DNA of 64,000 nucleotides from Octopus bimaculoides (Eukaryota). Made by a program: the position numbers and the translations under genes. Shown here one piece after another: positions 11,963 through 23,083 of the stretch. The stretch's first letter is position 1; every line of letters begins with the position of its first letter. The DNA lies in the NCBI RefSeq assembly GCF_001194135.2, contig NC_068984.1, forward strand, positions 10,073,298 to 10,137,297, read 5' to 3'. The notes below the pieces were generated by a model. It was not told where the DNA came from. It worked only from the letters and a program-made list of their open reading frames with translations, and did no database searches.

Positions 11963-12667
11963 GTAAATATATATTTATCTTCATCACTATCTAACATCCA
12001 TTTTCCATAAGCATTTGTATATACATGTATGTATATATTTGTGTGTGTGTGTGTATCTATACATGTTTTCTTTGCTAGATATGACAAGCATCATATGATA
12101 CCATAGAGGCATATTTGATTAATATATCTTCTTTTTCTCACCAAACAGATTATTAAATAGATATAATTGAATACAAATTGAAAAAAAAGATGGCCATATT
12201 TACATAAATGTTTATGCATGAATGCGTTTGTGACTGCGTTTACATTTTGCAAAACCTAATACATACATATCGTCATCGTCGTTGTCATCATCATCATCTA
12301 ATGTCTGCTTTCTTATGTTTGCATGGGTCGAATGGAATTCGACAGAGTTTCCATGGCTGGATGCCCATATACATACACACATGAGATGACAAAGGACCGA
12401 GATATCTGGTGCCTTGTACACAAGAAGACCTGTCTGCCACAGCAGAATTGATACTGGTGCTGGTGCCATATAAAAGGCACCCAGTACACTCTCTGCAGTG
12501 GTTGGCATTAGAAAGGGCATGCAGCTGTAGGGACCATGCCAGAACAGACAATAAAGTTTGGTGTGGCCCTTGGCTTTACCAGCTCTGGTCAGACCATCCA
12601 ATCCATGTCAGCATGGAAAACGAATGTTAAAAGATGATCACATACAGATATACAGACATAAATGCAC

Positions 12668-12716
<49 letters not shown>

Positions 12717-12754
12717 NNNNNNNNNNATATATATACTGGAAATAGAAACTGAAC

Positions 12755-13274
12755 CAAATTCGATGACTGGCACCCATGCCAGTGGAGCGCTAACAGCACC
12801 ATCCAAGCGGGATCACTGCCAGAGCAGCTGTCTGGCTTCTGTGCCAGTGGGATGTAAAAAGCACCATTTGAGCGTGATTGTTACCAGTGTCGCCTTACTG
12901 GCACTTGTGCCGGTGGCATGTGAACAAAACATTCGAGCGAGGTCATTGCCAGTGCCACTGGACTGACTCCTGTGCAGGTGGCACATAAAAAACACCATTT
13001 GAGCATGGCCGTTGCCAGTACCACCAGACTGGCTCTTGTGCCGGTGGCATGCAAAAGCACCCACTACACTCTCGGAGTGGTTGGTGTTAGGAAGGGCATC
13101 CAGCTGTAGAAATTCTGCCAGATCAGATTGGAGTCTGGTGTAGCCATCTGCTTCGCCANNNNNNNNNNGATCAGATTGGAGTCTGGTGTAGCCATCTGCT
13201 TCGCCAGTCCCCAGTCAAATCGTCCAACCCATGCTAGCGTGGAAAGCGGACATTAAATGATGATGATGATGATG
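12755..13274 (+). mobile_element. RTE 3'UTR with internal tandem modules
   Basis: Repeated gtgccggtggca..aaaaagcacc units and a GAT tail; 10-N gap with duplicated flank. Confidence 0.85.
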
Positions 13275-13779
13275 ATTCACAAGGCTTTGGTCAGCTCAAA
13301 GCTATAGTAGAAGACACTTGACTAAGATGTTAGGCAGTGCGACTGAACCTGAACCCTTATGTTTGGTAAGCAAATTTCTTAACCACACAGCCAAACCTAC
13401 CCCTTATGATGTCCTCCTCCTCCTCCTCCTCCTCCTCCTCCTGTTTGTGATTAATTCCAGATGAGATTTCTAACCAAATAATTCCATCACCAATGGCTGT
13501 AGTTTACCAATCTTTGTCTTATCTTAAAGGAAGCAAAGAAAGAAGGAAAGATGGGCCTGAAGTTTAAGAGCAGCTGGAATAAAGATAAACAGAATCAGTC
13601 TGAGCTAATCTGGTTTAATTCTGTTATGCTTTTACTTGCTTCAGTCACTGGAATGTGGCCATGCTGGGGCTCTGTTTTAAAGCTTTTTTTGCTTTTATTT
13701 TGATAAAATCAATTCCAATATTTACTGTAACTTTGGTATTTATTGTATTAGTTTCTGTTTTTTTACTGAACTACTGCTG

Positions 13780-13818
<39 letters not shown>

Positions 13819-13819
13819 T

Positions 13820-14100
13820 GTTGTCGCTTAACGTCCACCTTCCATGCTAGCATGGGTGGGACAGTTTAACAAGTGCCATCCAGGCAGAAGCCTACACCAG
13901 ACTTCTGTGACTGTTTTTGGCAGGATTTTTACAGCTGGATGCTCTTCCTAACACCAACCACTCAGCAGAGTGGACTTAGTGCTTTTTACGGGGCACAAGC
14001 ACAGGCGAGGTTAGTTTTGGCAAGGTTTTTACAGCTGGAAGCCCTTCCGAACACCAACCACTTTATAGTGCAGACTGGGTGCTTTTAAGTGGTACCTGCA
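13820..14100 (-). mobile_element. RTE 3'UTR copy
   Basis: ttaacgtccaccttccatgctagcatggg..ggatgctcttcctaacaccaacc, partly duplicated. Confidence 0.8.
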
Positions 14101-14476
14101 CTGACAGGGTCACCAAGTAACTTGCAAAACAAAATAAAAAAGAAAAACCTTTCAGTGGAGAGGAGGTGTCTTGCTGTTGAGGAAGTATAAGGTTACTTGG
14201 CCAAGTTCAAATCCACTTACAAAGCTATGGTCGACCTGGGATTAAAGAAGAAGACACATTCCCAAGATGCAGTGGAACTGAACCTGAGACCACATGGTTG
14301 AGAAGCAAACTTCTTAACCACACAGCCATACTTGCACCTTACAATTAATTTTGAAAACAATGAAGAATTCAGGAAAACAACTTTGTCATTAAGTTAGTGT
14401 CTAAGGCGGCAAACTAGTAGAATTATTAGCATGCCAGACAAAATGCTTCGTCCATCTTTACATTCATCTTTACCAT

Positions 14477-14747
14477 GGGTATATGGCATAGTGGTTAAAA
14501 GCACTACTAACCCCAAGATTCCAAGTTCGATTTCAGGCAGTGACCTGAATAATAATAACAACAACATTGGAAAAATACCTTAGGAATGAGAACCTAGGTT
14601 CGAAATTCCCCCCAGGACACCTGATGAAGGCTGAAAGGTATATCAGCCGAAACATTGTGTTAACAACAAACAAGATGAGGACAAATATCCATCAAATGTA
14701 AATAATGTAAATAATGTACACAATTCCTCATCTCTCAAATATAGAAC
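14477..14747 (+). mobile_element. tRNA-headed element carrying a hammerhead motif (family H1)
   Basis: A-box TGGCATAGTGG 14484-14494, B-box-like AGTTCGATTTC 14524-14534, (AAT)n, hammerhead core, tail aaatgtaaataatgta..atagaac; second copy at 39111-39372. Confidence 0.75.
14616..14661 (+). ncRNA. Minimal type I hammerhead ribozyme motif (H1), CpG-decayed
   Basis: GACAC CTGATGA A GGCTG-loop-CAGCC GAAAC ATT GTGTT; stem I GACAC/GTGTT, stem II 5 bp. Confidence 0.7.
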
Positions 14748-15456
14748 AGCAATTTCTCATAGGCAAGGGCTAGAAATACTAAATTCTTCAATCCTCACAG
14801 AATCTCAACTCGCCAAACTCTTTTATCAATTCACTTCTGTAGAATATTCTTCAGTTTGACATTCTTATGCAAAGAGAAGATTCCAGTAAGAGATGTAGAA
14901 AGACAGTTCCTATATAAAACCCTGCTAACGACAATAATTTTAATCAATACGATGGTTGGAATCCTAACAAAAGAGAAGATTGAATGGGATAAACTGAGCA
15001 AAATGAAACATATCTAATCACAAAGACAACTGAATTAATAAACGGCAGCTAAGGCTGCCATGTTCAATTGGAATTTTTCAAACATATTTGGTTTTCCATT
15101 CCAATATGATTAAATAACTATTATGGACATTATAAGAATATAAAAAGTAACATTTTTTTTTTATATCTCATCTGTTTTATACTTTAATTTTTTTTTTTTA
15201 ACAGTTATTTTCCATGTTAGCATGCATGGAATGTTTTCCTTATCAGCTTTAGACATTTTTATGTAACTGAAACAAGTCACTTTGTAAAGTCCGTACACAC
15301 ACACTTTCCTGTTGAATACTTATTTATGAATTCAGTGACAACACAAGCTGTTTTCAGTTTTAACAGAGCTCAGCAAAATGGCAGCGGCAAGAATTGAATT
15401 CAAATAATATGGAGAACAGCTCAGAACTTTGAACCACACAACCCTGAAACTTTAGA

Positions 15457-15762
15457 TCATCATCATCATCATCATCGTCATTTAATGTCCGCTTTCCATG
15501 CTAGCATGGGTTGGACGATTTGACTGAGGACTGGTGAAACCAGATGGCTACACAAGACTCCAATCTGATTTGGCAGGGTTTCTACAGCTGGATGCCCTTC
15601 CTAACGCCAACCACTCAGAGAGTGTAGTGGGTGCTTTTACGTGTCACCCGCACGAAGGCCAGTCAAGCGGTACTGGCAACGGCCACGCTCAAAATGGTGC
15701 ATTTTATGTGCCACCCGCACAAGAGCCAGTCCAGGGGCACTGGCAACGATCTCGCTCGAAAA
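15457..15762 (-). mobile_element. RTE 3'UTR copy
   Basis: (CAT)n followed by tttaatgtccgctttccatgctagc..ggatgcccttcctaacgccaacc. Confidence 0.85.
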
Positions 15763-15867
15763 TCCTTACACATGTGGAAACATTCGCTTCAGTCCCACTG
15801 GGCAGGTGTCTTCTACTATAGCCTCAAGCTGACCAAAGCCTTGTGAGTGGATTTGGTAGGTGGAAAC

Positions 15868-16355
15868 TGTTTGAAAATATAAGGGCACAGATCGTGTCAT
15901 ATAGCCAACTGGAGACGATGTGTCCTGGGGCTAAATTACAGCAACATTCATCCTAAACCAGGACTGCCATGTTATGTTGGCAAATAATCTTTACTCCAAA
16001 GTACTGTTGCTGAATATCTCTTGTTGTGAGATTTAACAAAATAGTAATTTTCTAATTTATAGATCAGTAACTAGTTGTCACTTTGAAAACTATATATTTC
16101 GAACAGGAATTTGGCAGTGCTACCTCTAGCCGAACAATTATTCTGTGCTGATGAAGGGAAATAACCTAGAAATTACGATACACAGATATTGTTTTGAGCT
16201 GAGTGGGGGTGCTAGATTCCTTTGTTTGAAAATATAAAGCCACAGATCGTGTCGTATAGCCAGCTAGAAATGATGTTTCCTGAGGCTAAATTACAGCAAC
16301 ATTCGTCCTAAACCAGGGCTGCCATGTTACGTTGGCAAACAATCTTTACTACAAA
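15868..16355 (+). repeat. ~133-bp direct repeat (15868-16000 and 16223-16355), period 355 bp, enclosing a hammerhead
   Basis: tgtttgaaaatataa..cacagatcgtgtc..ctaaattacagcaacattc..atctttact occurs twice. Confidence 0.85.
16142..16186 (+). ncRNA. Minimal type I hammerhead ribozyme motif (H2)
   Basis: TCTGTG CTGATGA AGG GAAATAA CCT A GAAA T TACG A TA CACAGA; stem I 6 bp, stem II 3 bp, stem III 2 bp with a UACG loop, AUA triplet. Confidence 0.65.
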
Positions 16356-16743
16356 GGCAGTGTATTTCAACAGAAAACTGAGAGGGTTTAGACTTTTCTC
16401 AGTTGCGATAAATCCTACCATAAACAAGTTCAATTATATTTTCTATGATTCTTCACAGATAAACACTGAAACAGGTTTGACATTTATCGATAAATCTGTG
16501 AAGAGTTTCCATTTCATGATTTGATTTTGATCAATGTAGCATTTCAATCCCAATCAACAGCATTGTTATTCTCTGTGAAACTGGAACCACATGGGAATGG
16601 TCAATCATGGAATTTAATCACTGCACAAACATTTGTCAAAGGCAATTGCAAATAGGGTTATATAACAACACCTTGGCATTAAGAAAAACATCAGAACGTC
16701 TACAAGATATGAACTAGAAACACCCATGTGTATTTAGGAAATT

Positions 16744-16778
<35 letters not shown>

Positions 16779-17229
16779 NNNNNNNNNNNNNNNNNNNNNN
16801 NNNNNNNNNNNNNNNNNNNNNNNNNNNNNNNNNNNNNNNNNNNNNNNNNNNNNNNNNNNNNNNNNNNNNNNNNNNNNNNNNNNNNNNNNNNNNNNNNNNN
16901 NNNNNNNNNNNNNNNNNNNNNNNNNNNNNNNNNNNNNNNNNNNNNNNNNNNNNNNNNNNNNNNNNNNNNNNNNNNNNNNNNNNNNNNNNNNNNNNNNNNN
17001 NNNNNNNNNNNNNNNNNNNNNNNNNNNNNNNNNNNNNNNNNNNNNNNNNNNNNNNNNNNNNNNNNNNNNNNNNNNNNNNNNNNNNNNNNNNNNNNNNNNN
17101 NNNNNNNNNNNNNNNNNNNNNNNNNNNNNNNNNNNNNNNNNNNNNNNNNNNNNNNNNNNNNNNNNNNNNNNNNNNNNNNNNNNNNNNNNNNNNNNNNNNN
17201 NNNNNNNNNNNNNNNNNNNNNNNNNNNNN

Positions 17230-17268
<39 letters not shown>

Positions 17269-17747
17269 AACGAGTGTGTATATAATTCATACACATACAC
17301 ATATATCTATAATAGAGAGATAGATATTAAATAGACATGGGCATATATGTTTAGACAAATGAGAGAAAAGTTTTTCATGTATGTCTTTCTATTTGTGTTT
17401 GTCTTTCCAGCTATCTTGTCGTTATGTCAACACCATTTGACAAATGATGTTGGTTTGTTTACATCCCCATAATTTTGCAGTTTTGCAAAAAGAGAAAAAA
17501 AGAAACTCCAATAAAACAAGAATAAGTACCAGACTTACATTAATTTAATGGGTTAAATCTCAGTGGAAACCCTTCAAGGTGGTGCCCCAGCATGACCACA
17601 GCCCATTGACTGAAATCACCAACTTTGCTTTTCATCTTTTTTCAACGGTGATTAACAAAAAGCACTAATTCCAGGAGATTAGTAGGATTTTTATAGCACC
17701 AGGTGTGACAGACTGCAACATCTAGTGCAGGGCTTTGAGGTCCTAAT

Positions 17748-18101
17748 GGTTGATAGTAACATTTTCCTTTTCTGGCAAAATATGCACCTAATTCAATAAA
17801 ATTATGAAAGTTACTCTAATTATTATGCATAAAATGTCAAATATCTTATTTTTTTGTAGATTAAGTAGGCATAATTCACCCCTGCCTTTCAATTTCAGTA
17901 TTAAAGCTACGCATAGTACTGCTGTAGTACACATGCTGCGTACATTCTTACAACAACATTTTCTTTATGCACTATAAAGGCAAAAGTAAATCTGCCTACA
18001 ACTCCGTCGCGTGCCTGTGTTTCGCTTATCTTTTTTTCCTGTTTTACTACATAAATGTCACCAACTACCAACCCTGAGTAATTATTCATGGCATGTGCCT
18101 G
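17748..18101 (+). mobile_element. hAT-like MITE, 5'-truncated (same family as 56590-57381)
   Basis: ttgatagtaacattttcctt..accctgagtaatt..ggcatgtgcctg is colinear with the 56.6-57.4 kb copy. Confidence 0.75.
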
Positions 18102-18234
18102 ATATATTATATATTATGTTACTTCTTGTCTTGTTAATTATAAAATTTTTGAAGTAGTTGTATGCTGTCAACTTAATGTGACAGTCCCCTGAAAGGAATA
18201 ATACTACTGTTGGTTAGACCTAGGAAGCTGCACC

Positions 18235-18306
18235 GCTTCTTGTCGGCCTTGACACATTTCCTATGAACATAAGGACACAGGAAATGTGTCAAGGCCGACA
18301 GGAAGC
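18235..18306. repeat. 28-bp near-perfect inverted repeat with 16-nt loop
   Basis: gcttcttgtcggccttgacacatttcct / aggaaatgtgtcaaggccgacaggaagc; one T.G pair. Confidence 0.9.
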
Positions 18307-19391
18307 TGACGTTGCCTTTCATCCTTTTGGGGGTCAATAAAATAAGTAGTAGTCAGGTACTGGGATCAATGTAATCGGCTGCCCCACCCCACCCTCCCTT
18401 TGAAATTACTGACCTTATACCAAAATTTGAAATCATTATTATGAATGAACAAGGAAGATTCTAGATGGTCAGTCAGACTGCTAGAAATAGCAGCTATATT
18501 TCCCTCAAACTACACATTCTCTTGAAAATTGGTAGACACTTTAGATAATATAGCCCTAGATATATTGTCTGAAAAAGTTATAGGTGGGATGGTCATGGCT
18601 GGAATTAAACAAGAACTACAAATATTAATGCTAAAAGAAATCATGATGAATAAAAAAAATATATACTCAATAAAAAAATAAACCATTCTGACATAAAATC
18701 AATATTGAGCAAGAATTCGATATTCTTTGTGCTCCTTCTCCAAGAACCACAGTTTGTGACCAATATTTGTTGTGGTAGTTGTTGTTGCTGCCGTTTTGCA
18801 GAACCAGGTCAGCTTTGATCAAACACTTTTGCTCACCAATTTTTTAAATGTATGGCAGCAGTTATATGTGTTCTGTGTAATTTAATAATGTCTGGGAATA
18901 TCATTCAATAGAAATTATAGATTCATGATGACACAACAAATGACACAAATAAAATAATTATATTAAAATATAGCATGGAGAAAGGATGTGTTTTCACGGA
19001 CATAAAACTCCATTGCCAAATGTATATCCAGATGTCCAGAATGAAACCTGTAAAAATATACACACATGCACACACACATACACACACTATTGTCGTAATC
19101 ATTATTGTTTAATGTCCATTCACCATGTTGGTCTGCACAGGATGGTTTGAAAGAAACCAACAAACCAGATGACTACGCCTAGCTCCAATATTTGCTTTGG
19201 CATGGTTTCTACAATTGGGTGCCCTTCCTAATGACATGCCAACCACTTCACAGTGTATACTGCATGCCAATTTGGGAGTCTCCTGAGCAAGATTCCTCAA
19301 ATGAGTAAAAGGTACAAAAGGGGGCTGAAAATTCCAGGCATTGAGTAAAAGAAAATACAGGAGAATCAATTAATTATGATTTTATTCAACG

Positions 19392-19710
19392 TGGCACGTG
19401 AAAAGACATTTGAGCGAGATCGTTGCCAGTGCCCCTGGACTGGCCCTTGTGTAGGTGGCACGTAAAATACACCATTTCGAGCGTGGCCGTTGCCAGTACC
19501 CGCCTGACTGGCCCTATTGCTGGTGGCATGTAAAAGCACCCACTACACTCTCGGAGTGGTTGGCGTTAGGAAGGGCATCCAGCTGTAGAAACTCTGCCAG
19601 ATCAGATTGGAGCCTGGTGTCGCCTCCTGGTCCACCAGTCCTCAGTCAAATCGTCCAACCCATGCTAGCATGGAAAGTGGACGTTAAATGACGATGATGA
19701 TGATGATGAG
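19392..19710 (+). mobile_element. RTE 3'UTR copy
   Basis: Tandem modules, gttggcgttaggaagggcatccagct, GAT tail. Confidence 0.85.
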
Positions 19711-19874
19711 GATTCCTCTCTCAGATTCACACACTTATTACAGCGGTTATAGGTATCCAAGTTATCATCACTAACAGACTTAGCAGTTTCCTTATTGAGC
19801 TTCATGTAATTGTGAGAGTCGCATTAATTCAGAAATCTGCTCTATTGTGAACAACAAGGATTGTAAGAAAGGCA

Positions 19875-20095
19875 AACAAGCTGGCAGAAACGTTAGCACG
19901 CTGGGCAAAATGCTTAGTGGTATTTTGTCTGTCTTTACGTTCTGAGTTCAAATTCTGCCGAGGTTGACTTTGCCTTTCATCCTTTCAGGGTCAATAAATT
20001 AAGTACTAGTTGCATACTCGGGTCGATCTAATTGACTGCTCCCCCCCCCCACTCACACAAAATGTCGGGCCTTGTGCCTAGAGTAGAAAAGAACA
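19875..20095 (+). mobile_element. SINE family B
   Basis: agctggcagaaacgttagc..gagttcaaattc..gcctttcatcctttcagggtcaataaattaagtac. Confidence 0.85.
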
Positions 20096-20618
20096 AGGGT
20101 TGTGAAAAAGGTCCTCAGTATCTAAGGAAACTAGTTGTGACTTAGTATCAAGGACATCGATTTTGAATGTAAAACATTCGTGCACACCATAAATGATAAT
20201 AATAATAGTAATAATAATAGTAGTAATAATAATAATAATAATAATAATAGTGTGTGTGGGGGGGGAGGTAGAGAGGGTAGGCAAATAGGTTTATTTCCTT
20301 TTGATTGACAAGGTAATATCTGGCAACAATACAACGCTATCAATACATTTCTGTATCTCTTTGAAGGCAAAATCTTTCCATTGAAAAGCTACAGTTGCAC
20401 GCCAAAGCAGTTGTATTATTCTCAGGGATTATTTAGTTAATAAAAAAAAAAAATATTTACTCTATAATATATTCAGTATTTTCTTGATTAAGACCAAGAT
20501 TACGATATGTATAGACGTGATTGTTTGTGGCTCTTAATTGAAACAAAGAGCAATAAGCTAGATGGATAAAGCGAGGGAGTTCAATATAGATTAATGGTGA
20601 TCATACAAATGAACAATA

Positions 20619-20670
20619 GCCATGACTCTGAGTTTCATGCAAAGGTGATATCATACACTCATCTGATGGC
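20619..20670 (-). ncRNA. Decayed hammerhead motif (H3, left arm)
   Basis: rc: GCCAT CAGATGA GTGTATG..GCAT GAAAC TCAGA GTC ATGGC; stem I GCCAT/ATGGC; core U4 changed to A. Confidence 0.6.
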
Positions 20671-20742
20671 CATGTTATGTATCTAAGTTGAACATTTCTA
20701 AAAACCACTGCTGCAAAAGTTCAACTCTTGAGTCATAACATG

Positions 20743-20791
20743 GCCATCTGATGAGTATAGGAAATCCCCTACACACGAAACTCAGGGTCAT
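20743..20791 (+). ncRNA. Hammerhead motif (H3, right arm)
   Basis: GCCAT CTGATGA GTATAGG AAATCC CCTACAC AC GAAAC TCAGG GTC AT; inverted partner of 20619-20670; arms 20622-20693 and 20719-20791. Confidence 0.65.
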
Positions 20792-21103
20792 AATTACCAT
20801 TTGTTGATAAGATCATCAATAAATTATATTTTATGTACACATATATATGTAACACAATGTGTGTAGCAGAAACACCATGAAGCTGTGATTTTTGTCTGGA
20901 AAAAATCCTTTTATAGATGTATTGTGTTAAAAGACACAATAGACTTCTTAGCTAGGTGCAAGACTGACGGATATATATATACAAGTGTATAGTTTATACA
21001 TAATCTGCATATGCTTCAGACAAGTTGATTGAATTTCGTTCCAGAAGTGACACAAGGACATGACACTGAGAAGATACAATGACAGTAAAATCTAAATCTG
21101 ACT

Positions 21104-21176
21104 AGGAAATTAGCTCAGAAGGAAGAGTGCTGGCTTTGCATGCGAGAGGTACTGAGATCGATACCCAGATTCTGTA
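21104..21176 (+). pseudogene. tRNA-Ala(TGC) pseudogene
   Basis: AGGAAATTAGCTCAGAAGGAAGAGTGCTGGCTTTGCATGCGAGAGGTACTGAGATCGATACCCAGATTCTGTA; G3.U70 retained; mismatches in the acceptor, anticodon and T stems; T-run 21182-21191. Confidence 0.8.
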
Positions 21177-21191
21177 ATGAATTTTCTTTTT

Positions 21192-21425
21192 GGGCGGCGA
21201 GCTGGCAGATTCGTTAGCATGCCGTGCAAAATGCTTGGCGCTATTTCATCTGCTGTTAAATTCTGAGTTCAAATTCCGCCAAGGTCGACTTTGCCTTTCA
21301 TCCTTTCGAGGTCGATAAATTAGGTACCAGTTTCACACTGGGGTCGATGTAATCGATTTAATCCCTTTGCCTGTCCTTGTTTGTCCCCTTTATACTTAGC
21401 CCTTTGTGGGCAATGAAGAAATAAG
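21192..21425 (+). mobile_element. SINE family B, full length
   Basis: Head, central domain and tail ttagccctttgtgggcaatgaagaaataag. Confidence 0.85.
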
Positions 21426-21965
21426 ATAGATGTTTATGTTGCTCTCGTGGTGGTCACTTTTAGGATGATTCCATTTCACGTAGCTCTGAAATATTGTTTC
21501 TAAACACAATACATTTATAAAGAGTAGAGACAGACAGACAGATAGATAGATAGATAGATAGATAGCGAGATAGATAGATAGATAGATAGAGAGATAGAGT
21601 GAGAGACAGAGAGAGGGGGGAGCAGATATTAAATGATGATGATGATACATAACAAAGCTGTGCACTAAGTCACAGAACCCAAACTGGTTAAAAATCCAAT
21701 ATACAGACGTTTTTAAAGAAGTATGTGTACATTTACATACATATAAAATATACATATATTTGAAAAGAACCAGAAGCATAAGATAGAATCTACTCTATAT
21801 AAATCATTTGCTACCACTGTGGTGTGAATACACTGCATAAATGTAAACAACAAGCCATGAAGAAATCATAAAAAAAGATGTGTTTACATTTGCAAAACAC
21901 ATCTGTTTGCAGACTGCAGTGATGGACAATAACTTGAATGGCATATATTCTATTATATACTGTGA

Positions 21966-22006
<41 letters not shown>

Positions 22007-22123
22007 CACACACACACACATTTACATGATGTGAGGTAAGGTTCTTTATTTTTATGAAAAAGGTTTGCATTTTTGTTTTTCTATGTGTTCAGCACTCCAT
22101 CTCTGTGTTTTGTCATAACACAG

Positions 22124-22160
22124 GGCTACTATAGCTCTCTTGCAGAGGCTGCACATCATT
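22124..22160 (+). CDS. Candidate 37-nt exon of an unidentified gene
   Basis: tgttttgtcataacacAG|GGCTAC..CATCATT|GTAAGA; open as GYYSSLAEAAHH or ATIALLQRLHII. Confidence 0.3.
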
Positions 22161-22319
22161 GTAAGAATAAACTGTTAAAAATAGCTCACATCAACAATGA
22201 TAAATTTAGACATAGCAATGTGTTGGATATTAGAGAATTTTTTCCCAAAATCCAAGAATCAAATATTCCACTCATACTGTGATATACATGAATATCTGTA
22301 AATGTGTGTGTCTTTGGTA

Positions 22320-22351
<32 letters not shown>

Positions 22352-22384
22352 CTTTGCTTGCAAAGATCTATTGAGGCAAGTGAA

Positions 22385-22875
22385 ATCAAATCAAAATGGC
22401 TGATGCGGCCTATGACAGTACCACCTAATTGGCACTCGTGCCAGTGGGACGTTAAAAGCACGTCTGAGCATGATTGTTGCCAGGGCCATGGATTGGCTCC
22501 TGTGCCGGTGACACGTAAAAAGCACCATTCGAGTGTGATCATTGCCAGCGTCGCCTTACTGGCACGTGAAAAACAACATTCGAGTGTGGTTGTTGCCAGT
22601 GCTGCTGGACTGGCTCCCGTACAGGTAGCATGTAAAAAAAAAAAAACCTTTTGAGCACGGTCATTGCCAGAACCGCCTGACTGGCCCTCGTGCTAGTGGC
22701 ACGTAAAAGCACCCACTACACTCTCACAGTGGTTGGCGTTAGGCATTCAGCTGTAGAAACTTTGCCAAATCAGATTGGAGCCTGGTGCAGACTTCTGGCT
22801 CACCAGTCCTCAGTCAAACTGTCCAACCCATGCTAGCATGGAAAGTGGACATTAAACGATGATGATGATGATGAT
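22385..22875 (+). mobile_element. RTE 3'UTR with tandem modules
   Basis: Repeated ttgccagt../aaaagcacc units, GAT tail. Confidence 0.85.
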
Positions 22876-23026
22876 ATATATACATACATACACAAACAGA
22901 CACACACACACACATAGGTATGTATGTATGAAATGTATAATTCTAAAGATGTTCATGTGTGTGTGTGCATATATAGCTACACAGATATCTATATATAGGA
23001 GTGTGTGATTATTAATTTGCTAATAG

Positions 23027-23083
23027 CTGAAAATGTCACCTTTGCTCTCGGGGTCAATCATCTCACTGATAGAGATGCAACGA
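23027..23083 (+). CDS. Candidate 57-nt exon of an unidentified gene
   Basis: attaatttgctaatAG|CTGAAA..CAACGA|GTAAAT; open as xENVTFALGVNHLTDRDAT or LKMSPLLSGSIISLIEMQR; frame-compatible with 22124-22160. Confidence 0.3.

Noticed and set aside
13121-13206. Exact direct repeat flanking a 10-N gap
   Set aside because: Unmerged contig overlap; an assembly artefact, not a biological duplication
16700-17302. Long ORFs spanning N-gaps (also 35003-35867, 42866-43335, 49855-50355, 58367-59013)
   Set aside because: Open only because N codons lack stops; flanks are (TA)n/(CA)n or repeats
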